Assembly: GCA_018992685.1 (NCBI GenBank)
Contig: JACVGT010000018.1
Span: 192,001 to 256,000, forward strand
DNA length: 64,000 nucleotides
Reading direction: 5' to 3'
Source: Theionarchaea archaeon
GTDB taxonomy: Archaea > Methanobacteriota_B > Thermococci > Methanofastidiosales > SZ-28-30
Every line of letters begins with the position of its first letter. Position 1 is the stretch's first letter. The position numbers were made by a program, and so were the translations under genes. Below the pieces are notes generated by a model. That model was not told where the DNA came from and did not search any database. It was given only the letters and a program-made list of their open reading frames with translations. Below, piece after piece: positions 51,848-61,345 of the stretch.

Positions 51848-53269
51848 ATGAAACGTACCTTCATCCTTCTCATCATAATATCAGGATGCATTGGCCAGCA
51901 ACAGCTCTCTTTTCAGTCCTGCAGTCCAGCAGAACAGGCTGTGACAATCGTCGAGGGAGAAGAACTGGAATTTTCCTGCATATTAACAGAGCCACAGAAT
52001 GCATCGTATACGTGGCTCGTGGATGGAGAAATAGTTTCACAACTCAGCTCCTTCACGTTCAGCGAAGAGCCAGGGGCCTATACGGTTGCCTTGGAAGTTA
52101 CCAATGGGAGAAAGACTATTTCCAATGGATGGGAAATCACTGTTGAAGAGTCCCCAGAATCATTGGATTTTCCAGCAATTGAATCAAGAGTGGAAGTTAT
52201 TCGTGGATTGAAGTTCTTGGAACCGGTGAGAAGGGTTATTATAGGTAGAATGGAGATGCGAGAGAACTTCCTTGAGAGTATGCAGGAAGAGAAGGAAGCT
52301 ATAGAAATAGAACAGAAAGTGTATGAAGCCCTCCATGTATGGAATCCTGAAGACAGTCTTTTCCAGGTACACGTAGATGTCCTGACTGAACAGGTTGCAA
52401 GTTACTACGACACAGGAGATCACACATTCTATCAGGTGGTCGATCTAGGCAGCCCTCTTGCATACCGGGAGTTTATTGCCTCCCACGAACTAATCCATGC
52501 CCTTCAGGACCAACATGACTATCTGGACTTTGATACAGAGAACGATGATGAGTACCTAGCATTTCTCTGTCTTGTGGAAGGGGATGCTCTCTTCCACGAA
52601 TATGAATACTTGTACAAGATGCCCTATCAGAAGCAGGGAGCCATATTCAATTATATAAAGAATCTCAATGTGCCGGTTGTCAATTCATTTCTGGAGAATC
52701 TGCTGACAGTGCGGTATGATCTTGGAATCAATTTCATTATCGAAATGAGGATGATTAGTATTGACAGCCTGTACGAGAGACTGCCGTCATCTACAGAGCA
52801 GATCATTCATCCAGATAAATATATGTCAAATGAACAGCCAATTCTCTCAGATGTCCCTGTTATGCCGGGGTGGGAACTTATCGCTGAAAATACGCTGGGA
52901 GAAGCTTTCATCGCTACCGTTTTGAAAGAATACCTTGATGCTGAACAGGCAGATGCTGCTGCTTCCGGCTGGGGCGGAGATTCATATGGCTACTATGAAT
53001 GGCTAGATGAGTACCTTTTCATCATAAATAGTTACTGGGATACTGAAGAGGATGCTTCAGAGTTCTTCATAGCGTACTACGATTTTACTGCTTCATGGAG
53101 CAATGGAATAGTGAAGAAGAGTGGCTCAACCATGTATGAGATACCCACAGGATTCATCTCCTTTGTGTGGAAAGGGAATCAGGTTACTGTAATAGAGGCA
53201 TCCTCCCGGGAAGCTGTTGAACAAGCGCTTTCTGTGCTGGGTGGGAACTCCACGGTAGATTTCTGCTAG
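51848..53269 (+). CDS. Surface lipoprotein with PKD/Ig domain and zincin-like domain
   Basis: Lipobox ISGCIG; HELIHALQDQH..EGDA; GWGGD. Confidence 0.75.
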   Translation: MKRTFILLIIISGCIGQQQLSFQSCSPAEQAVTIVEGEELEFSCILTEPQNASYTWLVDGEIVSQLSSFTFSEEPGAYTVALEVTNGRKTISNGWEITVEESPESLDFPAIESRVEVIRGLKFLEPVRRVIIGRMEMRENFLESMQEEKEAIEIEQKVYEALHVWNPEDSLFQVHVDVLTEQVASYYDTGDHTFYQVVDLGSPLAYREFIASHELIHALQDQHDYLDFDTENDDEYLAFLCLVEGDALFHEYEYLYKMPYQKQGAIFNYIKNLNVPVVNSFLENLLTVRYDLGINFIIEMRMISIDSLYERLPSSTEQIIHPDKYMSNEQPILSDVPVMPGWELIAENTLGEAFIATVLKEYLDAEQADAAASGWGGDSYGYYEWLDEYLFIINSYWDTEEDASEFFIAYYDFTASWSNGIVKKSGSTMYEIPTGFISFVWKGNQVTVIEASSREAVEQALSVLGGNSTVDFC

Positions 53270-53408
53270 AATGGGGACAGTGAATCAGGTATTCAGGATC
53301 AATACTCTTCTCCGTCTCACTCTATCCTATCCCCTGATTGCACTATAGAGAATGTGACAACCTATCTGCCTTTGAGACTCCTTCTCGTGTACCTGCTACC
53401 AACAACTG

Positions 53409-53451
53409 CAACCGAAAGCTTTATAAAGGAAAGTTACTACCAAAGTAGTAA
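53409..53451 (+). promoter_or_regulatory. Strong BRE/TATA promoter with operator palindrome
   Basis: CAACCGAAAGCTTTATAAAGG (18/21 identical to the histone promoter), then TTACTAC-CAAA-GTAGTAA. Confidence 0.75.
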
Positions 53452-53530
53452 GTAATAAACACGACTTCAATCATATTCTTTCCTCCTTGGAGTCAGGCGA
53501 AATGTCTGGCTACCACCTTCTTTTCTTTTT
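53445..53530 (+). ncRNA. Candidate small regulatory RNA (about 85 nt)
   Basis: Promoter, G.U-containing hairpins, UCAUAUUCUUUCCUCC segment, U-rich end; no ATG-started ORF of meaningful length on the + strand. Confidence 0.6.
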
Positions 53531-53663
53531 CTACAGATTACCACGGGACTCGTCAAAGGTATTGAGCGATCACGCCAGTGAGCCAGGCCATTCTGGAGGA
53601 ATTGAGCCACTAGACTGCTTCTGACGAGCAAAAGTATTTATAACAGATAACCACACGTGCACT

Positions 53664-54872
53664 ATGCGAGTTGCTTGGCTCCTCTGTCTGTGCGCCCTGA
53701 TGGCACAATCCCTGCCAGATCCCCTCGTGCTTGACTCCTTTGAAAGCCAAGAAGGATGGGATCAGGTGGCAGCAGAGGGATGCTCAATCAGGCTCACATT
53801 GGACAGGATGAATTCTCGGGAAGGTCAGGCCTCCATTCGGATTGAAGCTCAATTTCCAGAAGGCTGTGAAGAAGGACGATGTTACGCAGGGATGACGCGC
53901 AGAGTATCTGGATTTGAAGGATACCACTTTTTCAGATTTTGGATAAAGCCGGATGCTGCAGCATCCAATGCAGTTTTTGCAATCCATCTAGCCATTTCAG
54001 GAGGCAGGGAAGGGTTTTGCCTTGTCCCTCTGGACCAGACAGGATGGCATCTAGTTACTGTTTCTTTCACGGACTTCGAAAGTGACAAAAAGGAAACCAT
54101 ATCCTTTTCACCCGGTGACATTGAAGCTGTTTCCTTACTTTTGGCATCAAACAAGGCAATGAAAACAGTGATCAATGTCGACGAGCTTCTGGTGCTGCAG
54201 GATTCCAATGGAAATGGAATTCCTGACAAAGATGAGACCAATATGCTTGAGGCAGCAAGAAATTCCGAACAAATGGCAGATCGGTACTATGAAAACGAGG
54301 ACTATGAGAAAGCAAGGAAATACTACGAGGAAACCAGAAGTCTCTATCAGAAGGCAGGGAATGCTGAAAAGGCCCAGGAAATGGACAAAAATGCCAAACA
54401 ATGTGTTGCTTTGCTGGAATATGAACAAGCAGAAGAGTCCTATGCTCAAGAGGATTACGCCAGCGCTATGGAAGCATATGAAAGAGCCAGGAGAGAATTT
54501 GTCCTTCTGGGAGACCTGGATATGGTAGGCATCATTGAAGAGCGACTGGGAGAACTGAGCGCCCTGACAGGAAAACCAACCTCACCCCCTCCAGCCAGAA
54601 CTGGTCTGCCTCCTGCCAGCGAGAGACCTCGAAGTGGTGGAGCAGGGGGACTGTTTCTAGTGCTGCTTCTGGTGGCTGTTGTGGGGGGAGGAGTGTACAT
54701 GTGGAAGTTCAGGAAGCCTGCTCAGCCAGAACCGGAAAAAGAGACGGAACCTGCCCTCCCTTCAGAAGGAAAAGCTGAAGAAATCCGCAAGTTGAAAGCT
54801 CGATTCGTATATGGCGAAATCACCAGAAAGGATTATGAAAAGAAATTGAGAGAATTGGAGGGCGAATCATAG
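53664..54872 (+). CDS. Membrane-anchored protein: CBM-like + TPR + TM + SHOCT
   Basis: Signal peptide, jelly-roll motifs (GWHLVTVSFTDF), DSNGNGIPD, TPR repeats, GEITRKDYEKK. Confidence 0.7.
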   Translation: MRVAWLLCLCALMAQSLPDPLVLDSFESQEGWDQVAAEGCSIRLTLDRMNSREGQASIRIEAQFPEGCEEGRCYAGMTRRVSGFEGYHFFRFWIKPDAAASNAVFAIHLAISGGREGFCLVPLDQTGWHLVTVSFTDFESDKKETISFSPGDIEAVSLLLASNKAMKTVINVDELLVLQDSNGNGIPDKDETNMLEAARNSEQMADRYYENEDYEKARKYYEETRSLYQKAGNAEKAQEMDKNAKQCVALLEYEQAEESYAQEDYASAMEAYERARREFVLLGDLDMVGIIEERLGELSALTGKPTSPPPARTGLPPASERPRSGGAGGLFLVLLLVAVVGGGVYMWKFRKPAQPEPEKETEPALPSEGKAEEIRKLKARFVYGEITRKDYEKKLRELEGES

Positions 54873-54912
54873 GTTACGCGGCTCAACCCAGGGTTCTGAG
54901 TTCCATTGCAGG

Positions 54913-55638
54913 TTATTCCTTCAGAAGAATCACCAAACCGCTGGGAGTTTCCAGTTTGATCAGCTGCCCCTCCTTGGTGACGTAGGCAACGTATCCTTCG
55001 GGTGCAGAGAACGTCAGCGTGTAGCATGACCAGCTTTTTCCTGCAGCCTCCATGAGGGAAGGTATTTCCGCAACAGATGCTCTGACCGCGACTCTTTCCA
55101 TGGGCTGAGGTGCAAACACATTGGCAGCAAACGTTCCGTCGGGGACTATGAGGACTGCTGAAAACATCAGATCCCACTGGCCAATCATGTTGTTGTCCAC
55201 GCACAGCGTGTTTACGGGCAATTCTATGGTTTTATCATAGGCGGAATCGGGACGGGAGGCAACAACATACACTGATTCCTCTGAGAAATCTGCTTTCACC
55301 GTGTGCAACTCGCCATCAATTGTACCCTCAAACTCGTAGTGCAGGCATCGATCTGATGTGTCCACGATATACATGGCCTCAATATGCAGCGTCACTTCAT
55401 TGCTTTCTATGTCTGTTACTGATTCTATGAAATAGGCGTCTATCCCGTTATACAGTTCCTGCTTAACAACAGAATAGCTATTGTAACCGATGTAGACTCC
55501 ATCACTAAAAAACTCAAAGGTATGACCTGTCCCCACCTCGAGGCTCAGGGGCTGCACATTGTATTGGGGAGTCTGGCCCATGCACATCGAAAGAAAGCAC
55601 AGGGCCACAATGCTAGTGGCTATCATCAGTGAATTCAT
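54913..55638 (-). CDS. Putative lipoprotein (beta-rich)
   Basis: Lipobox-like LSMCMG; TATA at about 55659-55667. Confidence 0.6.
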   Translation of the reverse strand: MNSLMIATSIVALCFLSMCMGQTPQYNVQPLSLEVGTGHTFEFFSDGVYIGYNSYSVVKQELYNGIDAYFIESVTDIESNEVTLHIEAMYIVDTSDRCLHYEFEGTIDGELHTVKADFSEESVYVVASRPDSAYDKTIELPVNTLCVDNNMIGQWDLMFSAVLIVPDGTFAANVFAPQPMERVAVRASVAEIPSLMEAAGKSWSCYTLTFSAPEGYVAYVTKEGQLIKLETPSGLVILLKE

Positions 55639-55807
55639 GCTCTCCCATAGAGGGATGCTTTTAAAAACCTTCCTTTCTCGTTGCTGAATTCTCTGTAAGT
55701 ATGAAGAGTAATTCAGTGTTCTTTTACTGCAACTAGCGTCGATCATTTTAATTCCTGGAAATGTAGAAAGGCGGAAGTTTTATATTTGTAGAAAATATTG
55801 CATCTAC

Positions 55808-58800
55808 GTGTCTGAAGCAAACACAAAGTTGATAAATCAAGCTGTGCGGGCTCTTGTAGAAGATGCAAAAGACGCTTTCATTGTCGTGGGTATTGAAGGA
55901 AAAATCCACCTTCTTAATAGAAAAGCACTTCGTCTTACCGGCAAGAATGAATCTTGTCTTGTGGGAGCCCCTGTAACAGACATCCTCACTGTACCTGGGG
56001 GACTTAGCATTTCTGCAGATTCTTCAGGTGATGAAGAAAGAGTTGTAAGAGCCCGTATGGCTACGTCAACCGGAAGAATTCCTGTCGATGTCCGGATAAA
56101 ACCCCTGTGCAATGGCACGGGATGTGTCGGGGCTGTCCTCATGATAAGAGGGAGAACCAGAGGGTTCGAGTTTTTAAGCTCCTTTGAGACAATGGGTGCA
56201 ATCCTTCAGAGACATTCTGACATAGAGCAGATTTACGAGACTCTGGGGGGGGAACTATCCCGCCTCCACATCAAAGTACTCCTGCTTGGCTACGAGAAAG
56301 AGTATTGCACCGTGGAATTCCATACACTGAGCAGCAAAAGAATGCGCATTATGGAGTTTATTGGAAGAGTGGTTTTCTCCACAATCAAGTTGAAAATAAC
56401 AGAAGAGGCATTCAGGAAAATGATGATCCAAAAAGCCCTCTTTTTCAATAATGTTTCTTCCATTGTGGAAAGTGCATCCCTGGACTATACAAGTGACGAC
56501 CTTAGGCAATTCCTCTCTTCAATTGGGATTTCCAGGGGGATCGCCGTGCCCCTACTGGCAGAAGATAAGGTATCGGGCATCCTCATGGTGTTTTCGTCTG
56601 AATTTATACCTGATGATACTCCTTCGGCATCCACGCTAGGGATTCAGGTATCTGTTGCCCTTGAACGGGCCCACCACTTCCAGCGGCTGGTTACCGATCT
56701 TAAAGCCCTGGAAGGACAGATTGCCATCAGAACTCAGGAACTGGTCCGGGTGAAGAATCAAATGGAAAGTATCGTGCAGAGCTCAGCAGATGCAATCGTT
56801 GCTACTGACTTGGAGGGAACGATAACCTTCGTTAACAGAGGGGCTGAAAGTATGTTTGGATTCCCCAAATCAGTCATTTTAGGGCAGCCCATTACCAATT
56901 TCTTTGCTGAAGGAAAGAAAGCAGCAAAGAGCTTGAGAAAGATTGTGTTAGAAAGGGGACGCATTGAGAATGCAGAGCTGTCTTTTAAAGTGAGTGGGGG
57001 AAGGTTGGCACCCGCACTGGCTTCTTTTTCTCTACTAAAAGATGAGAAAAGCAACGTCACTGGCATAATGGCCGTGTTGAGAGACGTCACCGAGCAGAAG
57101 AGGCTGCAGGAAACTCTCGAATCCCTGAATAGTGCAGCCAACCGTATCCAAAAATGCAGAACCCTGGAAGAGATCTTAAAGATCACTGCTGAGGAATTGA
57201 AGCGATTCAATTTTCACGTCGTATTCATGCTGTTCAACAATGACCACAGAAGAGGGAGAATCTCCCACATGACATCGAAGGAAAGACTGCAGCCAGTCGA
57301 GAGGAAAATGGGGAAACCCCTGAATGATATTGATTTTTCTCTTGAGAATCCACTGTATGACCAGCTGATCAGAAAAAAGGAAGCCATCTTCATTCAAGAT
57401 CTGCGATCCTTCTCCAGGTTACTTGTACCGTTCCCCATCACGAAGGTCTTTGATGAAGGATTTGATTTGCTGGAAATCTCGGACAAGAAAGCAATAGCAG
57501 TTCCTCTCATCCTTCATGACGAGGCAGTTGGGCTGCTGGGCGTACTGTCTGATGTGATCACTGCTCACGATATCCCCTCTATGACAGCTTTTGCCAACCA
57601 AGTATCCACAGCTCTGGAAAATGCCAGGCTGCTGGAAGAGAGTCAGCAGAGAGCAAGTGAGCTGACCAGGAACCTAAAGGAACAGGAAATGCTGCGAGAA
57701 CTGAATACGCGGCTGTTCCAGGCACGTTCCAGGAAAGTGGTGTTTGATGCAGCTTTTGAACGTATCCAGCAGATGGGATATCCCCTGTGTGTCCTTGTCA
57801 TGTTAAATGAAGAGAGGGATCGTGCCATGGTGGTCAGACTGGAAATGGACGATTTTTTGGTGGAATCCGTTCAGGATATGATTAGAACTGTGATCCCAGG
57901 ATTTACTATTAATGACTTTGCTGTTCCTGTTGAGAAGAACACTGTCCTTAGCTTGTTTTTTGAGAAGGAAATACCCCTGGTTACCTCTGACATCAGACAG
58001 AGCTCAGGCACAGTTTCCTGTGTTGAGCTCACAACCCTGTATGAAGCATTTACCTGTGGAGCATCCGCACGTGAACCCCTTATAGCAGAAGTAGCAGACC
58101 TCTTGCCCTACCGTTCGTGCATGGTATTTCCCATCAGGGTTGGGGGGCAGACCGTGGGAGCTATGGCTGTGGCCAGCAGTACCACGTTTTCTGAGAAGGA
58201 ATTTGCACTGATGAATACAGCAGGAGAAATGGTATCCAGCGCTCTGGAACGGATTACTCAGTCTGAGAAACTGGCCGAAACGCTGAGCGAACTGCGGGCC
58301 GTGCAGAGAATCAACACGCTACTGAACATGGGGGCGCCCCTAGAACAGATTCTCTCCCAGATATCCACTAGCATTGAACGGGTATACCGATACCAGTTTG
58401 CCTATCCTCTGCTTCTCGATCCTTCTCGAAGATACCTCACCTTTAACCACATACAAGTCCCTCCCCCCATGTCAGAGAAAATCGTGGCTGCGTTTGGAGT
58501 GAACCTTGACAAATTCAGGTATCCTGTCACTGAAGATGCCGTGTTGCTGGATGTGGTCGTCAAACAAAAGAAATGCATCATTCGAAACGGATTTGAGGAT
58601 TTAGCTGCGGCGATCCCCATATCCGCAATAAGTCGTGCAATTGAGATGTTATCCAGCGATTTCTCTCACAACCTTGGATTGAAAGAAGGGGGCAGCATCA
58701 TGATCGCCCCTCTGCCTTATGGAGATGAGGTTATTGGAATCTTGCTTCTGGGGCACAATAAAGTCCTGACTGAAGAAGATTTCAACCGACTGGAATATTT

Positions 58801-59590
58801 CCTGGACCAGGTGGGAATCGCAATGGCGAAATCAGAGGTGGAGCACCGACTGAGACAGTCTCTCCAAGAGCTGAGGGAACTGGACCAGATGAAATCAGAG
58901 TTCATTGATATTGCTTCCCACGAACTGAGAACTCCTCTCACCACGTTGAAGCTGTATCTGGAGATGATGGCCCTGGAACAATACGGGAGAGTTACTGATC
59001 AATTGAGGGAACGCATCCGAGTCATGGAAGAGGGGGTCAACAGACTTGAAGACATTATCAATCAAACCCTGGTGGCATCCAGGCTCATCAAGAACAAACT
59101 AACTCTGGAAAATGAGGCAGTTTCTCTCCTGGATGTGACTACAGAAGTTGTCCGCCAGCTGCGTCCACTGTGGAATTCCAAACACCAGAACATTTTCCTG
59201 GAGAGTCCTCCTGACCTTCCTCTCATAGAAGGAGATAGAAACGCATTGTTTACTGCAGTGAACAACCTGGTGGACAACGCGATCCGCTATTCTCCTGAAA
59301 ATACAGAGATACTGATCAGATTCATCGTATATCCTGGCGAAATAGAATGTGTGGTGATAGACCATGGATGTGGCATCCCCGCAGAGCACACTGAGAAGAT
59401 CTTTGATGAGTTCTATATTGTGCCGAGCGAGACCGAATATGCAAGAATGGACGGAAGAACTGGACTGGGGCTGTTCATTGCAAAAGGGATTGTAGAGAGA
59501 CATAATGGAAGAATCTGGGTGGAAAGCGTTCTGAACGAGGGCTCAGCATTCCACGTTGTACTGCCCAGCCCACAACCGCGAAGCACATAG
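55808..59590 (+). CDS. Cytoplasmic multi-PAS/GAF histidine kinase
   Basis: 2 PAS, about 4 GAF, SHELRTPL, NLVDNAIRY, DHGCGI, GLGL. Confidence 0.93.
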   Translation: MSEANTKLINQAVRALVEDAKDAFIVVGIEGKIHLLNRKALRLTGKNESCLVGAPVTDILTVPGGLSISADSSGDEERVVRARMATSTGRIPVDVRIKPLCNGTGCVGAVLMIRGRTRGFEFLSSFETMGAILQRHSDIEQIYETLGGELSRLHIKVLLLGYEKEYCTVEFHTLSSKRMRIMEFIGRVVFSTIKLKITEEAFRKMMIQKALFFNNVSSIVESASLDYTSDDLRQFLSSIGISRGIAVPLLAEDKVSGILMVFSSEFIPDDTPSASTLGIQVSVALERAHHFQRLVTDLKALEGQIAIRTQELVRVKNQMESIVQSSADAIVATDLEGTITFVNRGAESMFGFPKSVILGQPITNFFAEGKKAAKSLRKIVLERGRIENAELSFKVSGGRLAPALASFSLLKDEKSNVTGIMAVLRDVTEQKRLQETLESLNSAANRIQKCRTLEEILKITAEELKRFNFHVVFMLFNNDHRRGRISHMTSKERLQPVERKMGKPLNDIDFSLENPLYDQLIRKKEAIFIQDLRSFSRLLVPFPITKVFDEGFDLLEISDKKAIAVPLILHDEAVGLLGVLSDVITAHDIPSMTAFANQVSTALENARLLEESQQRASELTRNLKEQEMLRELNTRLFQARSRKVVFDAAFERIQQMGYPLCVLVMLNEERDRAMVVRLEMDDFLVESVQDMIRTVIPGFTINDFAVPVEKNTVLSLFFEKEIPLVTSDIRQSSGTVSCVELTTLYEAFTCGASAREPLIAEVADLLPYRSCMVFPIRVGGQTVGAMAVASSTTFSEKEFALMNTAGEMVSSALERITQSEKLAETLSELRAVQRINTLLNMGAPLEQILSQISTSIERVYRYQFAYPLLLDPSRRYLTFNHIQVPPPMSEKIVAAFGVNLDKFRYPVTEDAVLLDVVVKQKKCIIRNGFEDLAAAIPISAISRAIEMLSSDFSHNLGLKEGGSIMIAPLPYGDEVIGILLLGHNKVLTEEDFNRLEYFLDQVGIAMAKSEVEHRLRQSLQELRELDQMKSEFIDIASHELRTPLTTLKLYLEMMALEQYGRVTDQLRERIRVMEEGVNRLEDIINQTLVASRLIKNKLTLENEAVSLLDVTTEVVRQLRPLWNSKHQNIFLESPPDLPLIEGDRNALFTAVNNLVDNAIRYSPENTEILIRFIVYPGEIECVVIDHGCGIPAEHTEKIFDEFYIVPSETEYARMDGRTGLGLFIAKGIVERHNGRIWVESVLNEGSAFHVVLPSPQPRST

Positions 59591-59691
59591 GTCAATACCA
59601 CTCCTGCAGCCAGACCATTCTTGAAAAGGGAAGAAAAAAAGAAAAAGGTGAGAGGGGGGAACACTTTTAAGTCAGGCAATCATCTCACCTT

Positions 59692-61068
59692 ATGGATAAG
59701 ATAATCTGCATCTCCCTTGCTGTAATCCTGGCATCAGTGGGGGTGTGTGGTTCTGTACATGCTCCTGGCGTCGTCTTCTCCCATATGTCTGGAGAGGATA
59801 CGCCATCTGAATCCAGTCCACCTGACGTTGTATGGAGATACTATACTGATCGTTGTATCACTTCTTCCCCTCTCGTTTACGAGAACATGGTTCTCTTCGG
59901 GTCAAGAGATTGGTCGGTCCACTGTCTTGATGCTAACACAGGCACCGAGATCTGGAGTTATCGAACCAGTGGACAGGTAGATTCCTCTCCCAGAGTCTAC
60001 GAGAATAAGGTGTACATCGGCTCACGAGATGACAGCGTGTACTGTCTGGATTTAGCTACAGGGGAAAAGATCTGGTCTTTCAAAACGGAAAATGATATAG
60101 CTTCCTCCCCAGCTCTCTTTGAAGGGAAGCTGTATATTGGGAGTAAGGACGCAATCCTCTATTGCCTGGAGGCTGAGACGGGAACTGAGATATGGCGGTT
60201 CCAGGCGGGAGCATATGTTTTCTCGTCTCCTGTTGTAGAAGACGGCCGGGTTGTTTTTGGCTCCATAGATCAGAATATATACTGCATTGATGCTGAAACA
60301 GGTGACGTGCTGTGGAAGGTTTATACAGGCGACAAGGTGTACGCTTCCGCCCTCATTGAGGGAGGAAATGTCTACATTGGGTCTTGGGATGATTACATGT
60401 ACTGTCTGGATCTGGAAACGGGTAAAGAAATCTGGAAATATAAGACCATGCACAACATTTACTCTTCTGCAGCTTTGTATAAGGGGTATGTCTACTTCGG
60501 ATCAGTCGACTATAACATATATTGTGTGGAAGCAGACACGGGCAGGTTTGTCTGGCGGATCTTCACGGGGAATTATGTCACCTCCTCACCGACGGTAGTC
60601 GATGACAGAGTGTATGTGGGTTCTGTCGATTTCAACCTATACTGCCTCAATTACAAAACGGGTGGGATTTACTGGACGTTTCTCACTCATGGAGATATTG
60701 AATGCAAGCCGGCAGTAACCCCTGATTATATCTATATCACATCCTGTGATGGCCATCTATACTGCCTGAAACGAAAATTAAGCACGCTCAAGGTTGTGTC
60801 TGAGCCTGAAGGAAGTGATGTGTACATTGATGGAGAGTATCAGGGGAAGACTCCTCTGGAACAGGTGATGCCTCCCAACGAGTACTTGGTTACAGTGGAA
60901 TCAAAAACCGGAGTAAGAACCAAGAAGATCATACTGCAGGAGGAGGAAACAGAGGAAATCACATTCGACCTTCAGAAGAACCCCTACTGGTACATCGGGC
61001 TAGGGGGAGGTTGTGTTGCGATTATTCTTTTCCTTGTAATCTATAAAGTCAGTCAAAGAAAAATCTAG
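59692..61068 (+). CDS. PQQ-like beta-propeller + PEGA surface protein with C-terminal TM
   Basis: About 8 repeats of 40 aa (SSP..VYIGS.D..YCLD..TG..W); SEPEGSDVYIDG..GKTP. Confidence 0.88.
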   Translation: MDKIICISLAVILASVGVCGSVHAPGVVFSHMSGEDTPSESSPPDVVWRYYTDRCITSSPLVYENMVLFGSRDWSVHCLDANTGTEIWSYRTSGQVDSSPRVYENKVYIGSRDDSVYCLDLATGEKIWSFKTENDIASSPALFEGKLYIGSKDAILYCLEAETGTEIWRFQAGAYVFSSPVVEDGRVVFGSIDQNIYCIDAETGDVLWKVYTGDKVYASALIEGGNVYIGSWDDYMYCLDLETGKEIWKYKTMHNIYSSAALYKGYVYFGSVDYNIYCVEADTGRFVWRIFTGNYVTSSPTVVDDRVYVGSVDFNLYCLNYKTGGIYWTFLTHGDIECKPAVTPDYIYITSCDGHLYCLKRKLSTLKVVSEPEGSDVYIDGEYQGKTPLEQVMPPNEYLVTVESKTGVRTKKIILQEEETEEITFDLQKNPYWYIGLGGGCVAIILFLVIYKVSQRKI

Positions 61069-61345
61069 GGATTGCATTTGACTGAGGAAGAAACAGAAAA
61101 CCTTATATGGTATACATTTTCATAAGACACATATCCTGATAGCTGGATGTGAGAATCGTGTCAAGAGCCATGCGTGCACTGGTCGTCTATTCTGATGGAA
61201 TTTGGGTGCTTTGTACATTTTGCATGAAGATTCTACGGGATCAATTCTTGAGAATGGGTACAGAAATCCCAGTTACGGGACTATCGTCTGCAATTTCTCA
61301 AACAGCACGTCTAGAACTGCATTGTAGCTGAACGGAGGGACAGAA

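Noticed and set aside
59625-59660. Minus-strand U-tract with no minus-strand gene
   Set aside because: No matching promoter found; insufficient to call an antisense RNA.
59820-60770. ~120-bp periodic repeats as CRISPR or DNA repeat
   Set aside because: Degenerate coding repeats of the beta-propeller.
61149-61331. 60-aa ORF with CTFC
   Set aside because: No SD and no second Cys pair; more likely leader sequence.
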